From: Ignicoccus pacificus DSM 13166
GTDB lineage: Archaea > Thermoproteota > Thermoprotei_A > Sulfolobales > Ignicoccaceae
Length of the DNA stretch: 32,000 nucleotides
Direction: 5' to 3'
Assembly (NCBI GenBank): GCA_025340205.1
Contig: CP006868.1
Span: 330,001 to 362,000, forward strand
Numbering within the stretch: the stretch's first letter is position 1; every line of letters begins with the position of its first letter. This document shows, in pieces, positions 24,865 through 32,000 of this stretch. A model generated the notes under the pieces. The model did not search any database. It was not told the origin of the DNA and worked only from the letters and a program-made list of their open reading frames with translations. The position numbers and the translations under genes are program-made.

Positions 24865-26814
24865 TTGGGCGTTAGCGCGCTGACACCCAAGGATATAATA
24901 TTCTATGTAATGGAATATGTCTTCAAGTACCCGCTATCTCAGAGCGCTGTTCCCTTATTTATAGGTCCTCCTGGAATCGGAAAGAGTGCCTCTGTATACG
25001 AAGGATTTGAAAAACTAACCGATATGCTTGCCTTGTATTACTGGAAGAATCTAGGTAAGGAAAAAGCGGTTGAGGATTGGGAAAAATTAGTTGAAAATGC
25101 ATCGCAAAGGTGCAAAGAGGATGAGATTTGTAACACTTTCTATAAGATGTTACTGAAAAGCGCTGAGAGATCGGACGTGCTCAAGAAATTATTGGATGAT
25201 TACGCCTCCACCGTTCCGGACGCTGCGAGGAAGGCCATGGAGGCTCATAGGAAACTGGGGAAGGAGGGTCTGCCCAGAAGCTTAGTCATTACCTATGATG
25301 CCACACTCCAAGATGTAGAAAAATTCTTTAAGGACGCATTCGTATTTGTAAAGATAGACGTTAGCATCCACGATCCCACGGACCTCCTCGGAATACCTTA
25401 CGTTGATCGGAAAAGGGAAGTGACAACCCATCTTCCCTTACACTGGGCCTTAGCTTTAAGGGAATCGAAGTTAGGCTTGTTGTTATTAGACGAGTTCACC
25501 AACAAGATGCACGTTCTCTTAGAAAGCGCACTCTACGAAATAACGCTGGACAAGAAGGTCGGTAACATATACTTCAACAAGCCAGTGGTGGCGACTGGTA
25601 ACGACATGGACAGCTCGATACTGGTAAGGAAGTTACCGGGCCCACTGGTTACGGGCAGAATCAACGTAATACCGACGGATGCCCCTCTCATTGAAGACTG
25701 GATCAAATACATGATTGATAGGCACAGGACGGAGTGGTTCGTACCACCAGTTTTCCTCTTACTCATCATGTCTCGCTATAGCAGAGCGCTAAAGGTTGGT
25801 GCGGAGAGGGGAGGTCTGCCACATTCTAAAATACGAGATTTGTACAGAGCGGTCTTCTCTGAGGACCCCTTCCTTCCCAGTTCCGAGAAGCTCAAGGAGT
25901 ACTCAGCCATAGAGCTCCGTATCAGCGGTTCGGAGGAGGGGGTGAGAGAGGACTTTGTAGGTAGTTTCCCAAGCCCTAGAGTATGGGAGAAGCTCCTTGT
26001 GGATCTCTATTATTCCTTAAATTTCCTCGACTCTAAAGAATCTACGAAGGATCAAATAGAGAATATGTTGCTGACTAAGATCAAGTCGTACTTGGGTTTT
26101 AAAGACCTAAGTGAGATGGTATATGCTATGGCCATTGAATTTAGAGAAAAGGGATTAACAGAGGGTTTACTTAAGTTCATTGCTGAAGAGGCTCCTCAAG
26201 ACAGAAAGAAAAAACTAGTGCCTCTTAGCGAGGACAAACTCTCACAACTCTCGCTTAACGATGCTAAAAAGATGAGGAAAGATATAGTTGACAGCATGAA
26301 GAATTTCGTCTATTCTAGTTTAGAGCTTGAGAAGATGAATAAGATCATAGAAACTATAATCAGTACATCCGCTCCAGAGGAAGAAAAGAAGGAAGCCATT
26401 AAGGAATTTAAGAAAACCTTGAGCAAAGCTTCACTCACGTTTGCGTTGACGACAAAAGCAGTTGAGCTTCTACGTAAACGTAGCGAAGACAAATCCGTTG
26501 AAGGAACTACAGATATCGTCTTCAGATATCTAACCTTAGCGTTCCTGGAGGGATTGCTCGAAGGATTTGAAGAACTCTCAGATCAATTTGAAGAGAAAGA
26601 TATTAGAAGACTAATATGGGGCTACGTGATCTTACATGCAACGGCTACAGTACTTAGAGAGTTCACGATAAGGGCCGGTTTCTCTCCAGCTAGAAAGTAT
26701 GGCTCAAACATGGAAGGGGAGAGAAAAGAGGAAACAATGGCGTGGGTCTCATCTGTATTAAACGATATACAAAAAGAGCTAGAGGAAATAGAGGAAGAAC
26801 TACAGACTCCATGA
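24865..26814 (+). CDS. cluster gene E: MoxR/AAA_5-type AAA+ ATPase with large insertion and long helical C-terminal region
   Basis: The ORF is 649 aa with a TTG start (ATG alternative near 24910). Walker A is GPPGIGKS (residues 34-41, 24964-24987). Walker B is LLLLDEF (D209 at 25489). The sensor-1-like VVATGND and the pre-Walker-B segment FVKIDVSIHDPTDLLGIPY fit the MoxR/dynein-related clade. The Walker A to Walker B spacing is 169 residues. The C-terminal roughly 350 residues are E/K-rich and helical. Confidence 0.7.
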   Translation: MGVSALTPKDIIFYVMEYVFKYPLSQSAVPLFIGPPGIGKSASVYEGFEKLTDMLALYYWKNLGKEKAVEDWEKLVENASQRCKEDEICNTFYKMLLKSAERSDVLKKLLDDYASTVPDAARKAMEAHRKLGKEGLPRSLVITYDATLQDVEKFFKDAFVFVKIDVSIHDPTDLLGIPYVDRKREVTTHLPLHWALALRESKLGLLLLDEFTNKMHVLLESALYEITLDKKVGNIYFNKPVVATGNDMDSSILVRKLPGPLVTGRINVIPTDAPLIEDWIKYMIDRHRTEWFVPPVFLLLIMSRYSRALKVGAERGGLPHSKIRDLYRAVFSEDPFLPSSEKLKEYSAIELRISGSEEGVREDFVGSFPSPRVWEKLLVDLYYSLNFLDSKESTKDQIENMLLTKIKSYLGFKDLSEMVYAMAIEFREKGLTEGLLKFIAEEAPQDRKKKLVPLSEDKLSQLSLNDAKKMRKDIVDSMKNFVYSSLELEKMNKIIETIISTSAPEEEKKEAIKEFKKTLSKASLTFALTTKAVELLRKRSEDKSVEGTTDIVFRYLTLAFLEGLLEGFEELSDQFEEKDIRRLIWGYVILHATATVLREFTIRAGFSPARKYGSNMEGERKEETMAWVSSVLNDIQKELEEIEEELQTP

Positions 26815-26851
26815 CGTGTGAAAATGATCTACAACAAGTAGAGGTAGGAAT

Positions 26852-28555
26852 ATGCTAAAGGAGATAGCTATATTGTCATTATTCTATGTCCCTCTTCTCT
26901 TCATTTCACCCAACTTGTTCTTGAATTTTCCACTTTGGGGTTTGCTATTTCTTGCACTTACAATAACTTATGTCCTAGCTAGGAAAAAGGACGCACTGCT
27001 GTTTCTTCCCGAGATACTGAAAAAGAAGGAAGTAAAGGAGAACGTATTCTACGCTATATTGATAGAAGCAATTTATAGAGGCTATCTTTGGTTAATTCTG
27101 ATTAACTATGGTTACATCGTCGCGGTTGTTGGTGAGCTAGTGATTCCGATACTTGTAAGAGCAATTGTTTCCTATTCCTTTGGAATACTCCCAAACTCTC
27201 TCTATTCAGTCAAAAAAGAAAGAACAGGAGAAATCGATAGTATGTTTGTCAAGGTTGGCTTCCGCTTGGTGAGACCTTTAGAGAGATTGACTATAATGCC
27301 CTCAACCTCCTTTAGGAAAATAGATTTGATCGGCTATGTTTCTAATACAGTTTTCCCTACCCTACTTATCTCCCTCTCTGACTCGTTGAGCTTGACGTTA
27401 ATAGCAAAAATGTCGTTATTCATACTAATTCTTTTAAATTATCATTATAAGGAAAACTGTGAAAGGAAGGGAAATGCTGTAATATGCAAAATACCTTCCG
27501 GTACGGTAAGGGTATCTTCAAGAATCAAGATTACTGGTTGTCATGGTGATCCCGGGCAATTTATTGAGGTCAGAAATTGTAATGCTCAATTAGAAGTGAT
27601 TACAAGTGAGCTAGGAATCGAAACTTCTTCAGAGAAAGTTGAAGTTGAGATGAAAGGTCTTGGTGGTTATACTAAGAAAGAGTTAGAAGTTAATGAAGAG
27701 GACTTACTGATTTATCCTATTTGGGTAAAAAAGAGAATAGGACATTTTCACATCCGCTCTCAAGGAACTTTCGCAATAACCTCTTCACCCTACTTGTATA
27801 TACTTACCCCTAGAGGGGAAGTAGAGTTTGGATTAATGAATAGTAGAATTGGTGATGGTATTTTACATAACAATTTTCTCTTTTATACGATATGGCCTGA
27901 TTCCATAATAGTTAGAAATATGGAGAGCCATATTGAGAGAAAAATATCCAATAGGAGATCGTCTACGTTCCTAATTAGACTGATCGGCGACTATCTAATC
28001 GTCTGCTGGAGGGGCTGTACTGCCTTTAAGGTGTATTTAGACAAGTTCGATAAGTTCGACAAATCAATTGTCGAGGAACTATGGCATTTGTCATTCTATG
28101 GTCTCGTAGATAAAAGGATAGAGTATAGAGAGGGTCTCCTTTACATGCCTGTGGTACTCGGAGATTTACTTATAACAGATGTTGAGAGTGGTAGAGTACT
28201 CAATAGGTTGAAGTTCGGCAAGTATAATACTCCCATGAGCGTTGCACTAAGAGAAAACGAACTCTATTTGCTTCTGACTCGTGAACTAAGGGTTTACGAT
28301 ATTAGCTCTCCAGAAGAACCTAAGCTACTATGGAAGAAAAAGTTACCTACAGAAGCCATCGACGTAGCTGTTTCAAACAGAGGTGAGATAGCAATAACCT
28401 TTAGCGGCGACAACTCGTTTATAGTATTAGATCCCGAAGGCAACACCATTTTCAGAAAGAGAGTGAGTTATACAATGCAAGGTGTTGCTTGGCTAGATGA
28501 CATATTGCTCGTCGGGGTACTTCCAGATCAACTCCACGCCTACAAAAGGCTCTAA
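26852..28555 (+). CDS. cluster gene F: multi-pass membrane protein with C-terminal beta-propeller-like domain
   Basis: The ORF is 567 aa, with GAGGTAGG 5 nt upstream of the ATG. About 5 hydrophobic helices lie in residues 1-200. The C-terminus has repeats of the form LY....(D/G)..L...D...G..(L/I)(W/F) (GLLYMPVVLGDLLITDVESGRVLNRL, ELYLLLTRELRVYDISSPEEPKLLWKKKL, GEIAITFSGDNSFIVLDPEGNTIFRKRV, DDILLVGVLPDQLHAY). IEAIYRG (27065-27082) resembles a degenerate CPBP motif 1. Confidence 0.6.
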   Translation: MLKEIAILSLFYVPLLFISPNLFLNFPLWGLLFLALTITYVLARKKDALLFLPEILKKKEVKENVFYAILIEAIYRGYLWLILINYGYIVAVVGELVIPILVRAIVSYSFGILPNSLYSVKKERTGEIDSMFVKVGFRLVRPLERLTIMPSTSFRKIDLIGYVSNTVFPTLLISLSDSLSLTLIAKMSLFILILLNYHYKENCERKGNAVICKIPSGTVRVSSRIKITGCHGDPGQFIEVRNCNAQLEVITSELGIETSSEKVEVEMKGLGGYTKKELEVNEEDLLIYPIWVKKRIGHFHIRSQGTFAITSSPYLYILTPRGEVEFGLMNSRIGDGILHNNFLFYTIWPDSIIVRNMESHIERKISNRRSSTFLIRLIGDYLIVCWRGCTAFKVYLDKFDKFDKSIVEELWHLSFYGLVDKRIEYREGLLYMPVVLGDLLITDVESGRVLNRLKFGKYNTPMSVALRENELYLLLTRELRVYDISSPEEPKLLWKKKLPTEAIDVAVSNRGEIAITFSGDNSFIVLDPEGNTIFRKRVSYTMQGVAWLDDILLVGVLPDQLHAYKRL

Positions 28556-28591
28556 ACGATTTCCCCAAACCAGTTCAGCGGTCAGTTCGAG

Positions 28592-29827
28592 ATGCCTTCC
28601 TTGAGGGAACTCGCTGAGACCTTGGGAGCTGAGCATCTAGGAACTATCAAGAAAGATCAAGTGACGGAGATTATAAAGAAGTACGAGAAGCTGGGTAAGC
28701 CAATAATCTACAAAGTTGAAGGATCAGACGTAGAAGTACTCTCGGCCCTCTACTCAAGCAGGGAGGCCGTCTGGAAGGCCTTGGACTCGAGAAGCGATGA
28801 GGAGGCTTACAGGAAGCTCTTAGAGCTGAAAAAAGGAGAACTGAAAGAAATTCCCTTCAAATTCAGGGAATTAGATAGCCTAGATTCCATACCTTGGGTC
28901 AAGTTCTATCCTAAGGACGGAGGAGAGTACCAAACCGCTTCCATCTTCATTGCCTGCAGAAAGGGGATATGCAACTCCTCCTTCCACAGGGTAATGAAGC
29001 TCGACGCAAAGAGATGTGCGGTAAGACTCGTCCCAAGGCACCTCTACACTATGCATAAGGAGGCCGTAGAGGAGGAAGAGGAGCTCCCGGTAGCCGTGGT
29101 AATAGGCGCTCCCAGCGAGGTGGAGTTCGCCTCTGCATTAAGCGTTCCTTTCGGAACGTTCGAGCTGGAGATAGCTGCCGGGATAGCGGGAAGCTTGGAG
29201 ATAGCCAAGACTCCCCTCTACTCCCTCCCCGTCCCAGCTAGGTCGGCGGTAGTGATGGAGGGAAGGCTGACCAAGGAGAGGGTCAAGGAAGGACCCTTCG
29301 TGGATCTCCTCCATACCTACGATAAGGTTAGGGATGAGCCTGTCTTGGTAATTGATAAAGTTTACTGGAATCCATCCGAGCTCTTCCACTTGATCCTTCC
29401 TGGAGGGAGGGAACACCAGTACCTAATGGGATATCCCAGGGAGGCGAGCATTTGGGACTCTGTGAGGAAGGTGGTTCCTAAGGTCCACAAGGTTAGGTTG
29501 ACTCCAGGCGGAGGGATGTGGCTTCACGCTGTGGTAAGCGTCACCAAGGCAAGCGACGGGGATGCCAAGAACGCTATCATGGCTGCCTTTACTGGTCATC
29601 CATCCCTCAAGCACGTGGTAATAGTGGACGAGGACGTGGATCCGGACGACCCGGAGCAAGTGGAGTGGGCGATAGCGACCAGGTTCCAAGCGTGGAGGGA
29701 CTTGGTAGTGGTCAACTACGCCAGAGGATCTTCCTTGGATCCCAGCGCTGAGGGGTATACCTCAAAGGTAGGAATAGATGCCACTGCTCCTATTAAAGAG
29801 AAGGAGAAGTTCGAGAGAGTGGAATGA
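28592..29827 (+). CDS. UbiD-family (prenylated-FMN-dependent) decarboxylase, short archaeal form
   Basis: The 411-aa ORF has overall UbiD-like landmarks (GGEYQTASIFIA, NSSFHRVM, RLVPRHLY, VVIGAPSEVEFAS, GPFVDLL, VVIVDEDVDPDDPEQVEWAIATRF). Its composition returns to core-like G+C (33/60 in a sample at 29101-29160). Confidence 0.8.
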   Translation: MPSLRELAETLGAEHLGTIKKDQVTEIIKKYEKLGKPIIYKVEGSDVEVLSALYSSREAVWKALDSRSDEEAYRKLLELKKGELKEIPFKFRELDSLDSIPWVKFYPKDGGEYQTASIFIACRKGICNSSFHRVMKLDAKRCAVRLVPRHLYTMHKEAVEEEEELPVAVVIGAPSEVEFASALSVPFGTFELEIAAGIAGSLEIAKTPLYSLPVPARSAVVMEGRLTKERVKEGPFVDLLHTYDKVRDEPVLVIDKVYWNPSELFHLILPGGREHQYLMGYPREASIWDSVRKVVPKVHKVRLTPGGGMWLHAVVSVTKASDGDAKNAIMAAFTGHPSLKHVVIVDEDVDPDDPEQVEWAIATRFQAWRDLVVVNYARGSSLDPSAEGYTSKVGIDATAPIKEKEKFERVE

Positions 29828-29866
29828 AGGTCAGGGGGACTTGCCGCTCCTCACCTCTCGGAACCC

Positions 29867-30373
29867 CTAACCCCTCATCACACCTTCTCTATACAAATTG
29901 GAAATCAAGTCCGCCAGCTCTATGCCCCACCTCTTGAGCTTCTTCCTCCTTTTACACTTGCACAACACCCTCTTCCCAGCCGCTTCCCTAATCTTACACT
30001 CAACCTTGTACCTCCTCTTTACCTCTCTCACGAACTCCTCGAAGTTTCCAATGATAAGACCGTCGTCGAGCACCATCTCCGTAGGCCTTACTGAACTGTA
30101 AACCCTTGAGATGATCTTTTCCGCGAGCTTTCTTTTCGTTTCGCCTAGCTTATGAGGAACGTAAGCGCCCCGCTCACAGAAGTAGAGCAGCCAGCCTATC
30201 GCCCTCTGAGGGTCAAAGGAGGAGCACTTGAACCAATGGCGGGCCTTCTCCGGACAGCAAGAGCACTCCATGACCCTCTTTAGCTCGTAGTACGCCTTCT
30301 CATCATCCTTTACGCAAACGGCGCACACCGCCACGAGCTTATCATCGAACGATTCGTCCATGAAACACATCAA
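29867..30373 (-). CDS. DUF3800-like Cys-rich protein
   Basis: The ORF is 168 aa. MDESFDD near the N-terminus and IELADLISNLY near the C-terminus resemble the DUF3800 DESG...ADl motifs. TTAAAAG on the minus strand (30384-30390) lies about 26 nt upstream of the internal ATG at 30361. This suggests a leaderless start at MDESF. Confidence 0.45.
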   Translation of the reverse strand: MMCFMDESFDDKLVAVCAVCVKDDEKAYYELKRVMECSCCPEKARHWFKCSSFDPQRAIGWLLYFCERGAYVPHKLGETKRKLAEKIISRVYSSVRPTEMVLDDGLIIGNFEEFVREVKRRYKVECKIREAAGKRVLCKCKRRKKLKRWGIELADLISNLYREGVMRG

Positions 30374-30411
30374 CGCTATCTAACTTTTAAGGCATTGGAG
30401 ATAGGTTTTAA

Positions 30412-30450
30412 TGGCCGATGAGGCCACCGGATGCCCCCCCGATGAGGGGG
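30412..30450. other. twin GC-stem hairpins with identical GAUGA (plus strand) / UCAUC (minus strand) pentaloops
   Basis: The hairpins are TGGCC-GATGA-GGCCA (30412-30426) and CCCCC-GATGA-GGGGG (30436-30450). Each contains the 9-mer CCGATGAGG. They lie between the stop of the antiporter gene (30471) and the DUF3800-like gene promoter. Confidence 0.4.
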
Positions 30451-30470
30451 TCGAAGGAGGGGCGAGGCAG

Positions 30471-31826
30471 CTACTTCCCTTCAAACAGCTTGTAGACGTT
30501 GAGGAATCCCCTGTACTTCCCGTTCTCAACGACTGCGATTATGGGAGCTCCTAACTCCCACCTTGAAGATATCACCTTCCATAAAGGAGTGGAGCACTCG
30601 AAGGTAGGGATCCCCTCCTCCATTACTTCCTCAACGGTTGCACTGGGATTAACTATGAGATCTATTGCTGAGACCCAGCCTATGGGCTTCTCCCCTTGGA
30701 CCACCGGAACCGCTGGCCTCTCCTTGCTCAACACCTTCAAAGCTTCCTCGGCCTTCTGCCAAGGCTCGACGTAAGTGGGATCCAGAGGAAGCTCTCCGAG
30801 CCTTAAGGGACTTCCCATTCTCCCCCTAAAAGCCAAGGAGGGGATCAAAGCTCCCAAGACTATTGCAACCAGAGGAGCGGAGTAGAGGTCTCCCCTCAGT
30901 CCGGAGGAGAGGAGCAAGGCGCTGTCGGCCCCTCCCTTGACCGCTCCGGCTAGAGCCTTCTTAGCATCTTTGAAGAAGAGGAAGGAAAGAAGAATCTTCG
31001 TGCCTATTACCATTCCTCCCAAGAGCCAAGGGTAAGGATCTAAGGAGAGGCCCCCGCTACCGACGCTCAAGAAGAAGAGGGGTTCCAAGAAGGTCTCGCT
31101 TATGGCCTTGAGTCTCCTCTTTGTCCAAGGCCTTTCGTTGAGATAATCGCTCATGAAGATACCCAAAGCTAAGGCTAGTACCACGTAACTGAATCCATAG
31201 AGCTCTGGAATGAAGGAAATCAAGATGAGGAGGGCTAGAAACGTAGCAGCGACTACTGAAGGACTGTGAGCATGATCATCGAAGCTAAGCATGGTCTTGA
31301 GGGCTTTTTCTCCTAGCTTCAAGGAAACCAACGCCACGAGCACGCCAAGGGCCACTTCAGCAGCTCCTCCCTTGAAGCCGCTAAACACAATTATTCCTAC
31401 AGCCTCTGCAAAAGCTAAGGAAATGAGTAAGTCTTCCATCCTCGCTCCCGGCTTTTCCTTAATCAGCTTGGCGAGAACTCCGACCCCTGGAAGGGAAGCT
31501 ATTATCGCCGCTTCCAGACCCCTGGGCTGGGGCACCAGAAGCCAGAACAGCGCTGTAGGGACCAAGAGTATTACCAATCCCCTGAGAGCGCTTTGGTAGC
31601 CCATCCTCGACTGGCCTACCTCCTCTACTCCCGCGAAGAAGACGAGGAGGGCCCCTCCAAGAGTTGCTAAAGGAGCTATTGGGTGGAGATCGATCTTTCC
31701 AGCTAATAGAATGCCGGCCACCAGCGGACCGACCATTCCCGGGAGCCCTAGCCACCTGGCAACGCTCTCGCTCACTCCCCCCACGAGGAGGGCAATGCCT
31801 AAGGTCAGTAGTTCAGCAACGTTCAC
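30471..31826 (-). CDS. cation:proton antiporter-like membrane domain fused to a C-terminal CBS pair
   Basis: The ORF is 451 aa with a GTG start. About 10 hydrophobic helices begin LLTLGIALLVGGVSESVARWLGLPGMVGPLVAGILL, which is typical of Na+/H+ (Kef-type) exchangers. The C-terminal roughly 110 residues show two CBS-like repeats (PVVQGEKPIGWVSAIDLI and IAVVENGKYRGFLNVYKLF). Confidence 0.75.
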   Translation of the reverse strand: MNVAELLTLGIALLVGGVSESVARWLGLPGMVGPLVAGILLAGKIDLHPIAPLATLGGALLVFFAGVEEVGQSRMGYQSALRGLVILLVPTALFWLLVPQPRGLEAAIIASLPGVGVLAKLIKEKPGARMEDLLISLAFAEAVGIIVFSGFKGGAAEVALGVLVALVSLKLGEKALKTMLSFDDHAHSPSVVAATFLALLILISFIPELYGFSYVVLALALGIFMSDYLNERPWTKRRLKAISETFLEPLFFLSVGSGGLSLDPYPWLLGGMVIGTKILLSFLFFKDAKKALAGAVKGGADSALLLSSGLRGDLYSAPLVAIVLGALIPSLAFRGRMGSPLRLGELPLDPTYVEPWQKAEEALKVLSKERPAVPVVQGEKPIGWVSAIDLIVNPSATVEEVMEEGIPTFECSTPLWKVISSRWELGAPIIAVVENGKYRGFLNVYKLFEGK

Positions 31827-32000
31827 CCTCGAAGCCTTGTTCTGCCTCTAAGCCCTCCCTTAACTCGCTTACACTTAGCAAGAAGTTCTTTATTACAGAC
31901 TGAACGAACTCCAGCTCCCTCTCATTTGAAGGCTTATGACCCATCCCCTCCACTATTACCAAGTCGCAGTTCTTCACCTTCTTACAGAACCTCACGCTCT
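31813..32000 (-). CDS. partial CDS (C-terminal end), alpha/beta-hydrolase-like; the start lies beyond the window
   Basis: The frame is open to the window edge. NCDLVIVEGMGHKPSNERELEFVQSVIKNFL fits the catalytic-His region and C-terminal helix of alpha/beta hydrolases. The stop overlaps the antiporter start by 14 nt. Confidence 0.4.
   Translation of the reverse strand, partial: SVRFCKKVKNCDLVIVEGMGHKPSNERELEFVQSVIKNFLLSVSELREGLEAEQGFEGERC

Noticed and set aside
21303-28555. I searched for a vWA/MIDAS partner (DxSxS), an integrase/recombinase, flanking direct repeats, or a tRNA attachment site for the AT-rich cluster.
   Set aside because: No DxSxS motif in a suitable beta-strand context appears in any of the six proteins. 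No integrase-like ORF is present. No obvious direct repeat is found between 21150-21300 and 28556-28591. The only tRNA (7826-7902) is 13 kb away. A mobile-element call is therefore not supported.
1-32000. I scanned for CRISPR arrays, rRNA genes, transposases and long tandem repeats.
   Set aside because: No regularly spaced direct repeats, rRNA-like conserved stretches or transposase-like ORFs were seen by eye. Short repeats could have been missed without a computational repeat scan.

Overview
This window is a chromosomal segment from a hyperthermophilic archaeon. The evidence is a 1223-aa reverse gyrase, archaeal SRP54, archaeal/eukaryal-type TrpRS, AT-rich TATA-like boxes about 25-45 nt upstream of starts, and a tRNA with encoded CCA. 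The exact lineage cannot be determined by eye, though PaREP1-like and DUF1152-like genes give a TACK/Crenarchaeota-like flavour. About 35 credible CDSs are tightly packed, with several 4-nt start/stop overlaps and overlapping convergent stops. Core genes are trpS, an MTHFR-like reductase, a Trm112-like protein, tRNA(CAU), a THUMP RNA methyltransferase, an SdhA/FrdA-type flavoprotein, srp54, a class I methyltransferase, a ParA/MinD-type ATPase, an ArgB/LysZ-type kinase, reverse gyrase, a UbiD-family decarboxylase and a CBS-fused cation antiporter. There are three accessory regions. (1) 0.5-1.4 kb holds one intact RelE-like toxin plus three decayed toxin/antitoxin remnants. (2) 11.47-12.56 kb is an AT-rich two-gene module with an insertion-bearing PIN nuclease. 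(3) The main candidate for an undescribed system is an AT-rich, same-strand, six-gene cluster at 21.3-28.56 kb, between reverse gyrase and the UbiD-like gene. It encodes an HExxH zincin-like protein, two proteins with no recognisable domain, a soluble beta-propeller-like protein, a MoxR/AAA_5-type ATPase with a large insertion and no vWA partner, and a multi-pass membrane protein with a C-terminal beta-propeller-like domain. One of the two unknowns shares an N-terminal PLFG(G)RKK motif with the distant ParA/MinD gene. The membrane protein's propeller-like domain shares a DNSFIV motif with the soluble one. Two intergenic C/D-box sRNA candidates, a perfect 17-bp palindrome at the PadR promoter and a shared TATA element between the tRNA and the tRNA-methyltransferase gene are also noted. 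I saw no CRISPR array, rRNA, integrase or transposase. All domain calls are motif recognition by eye and need profile or structure searches.
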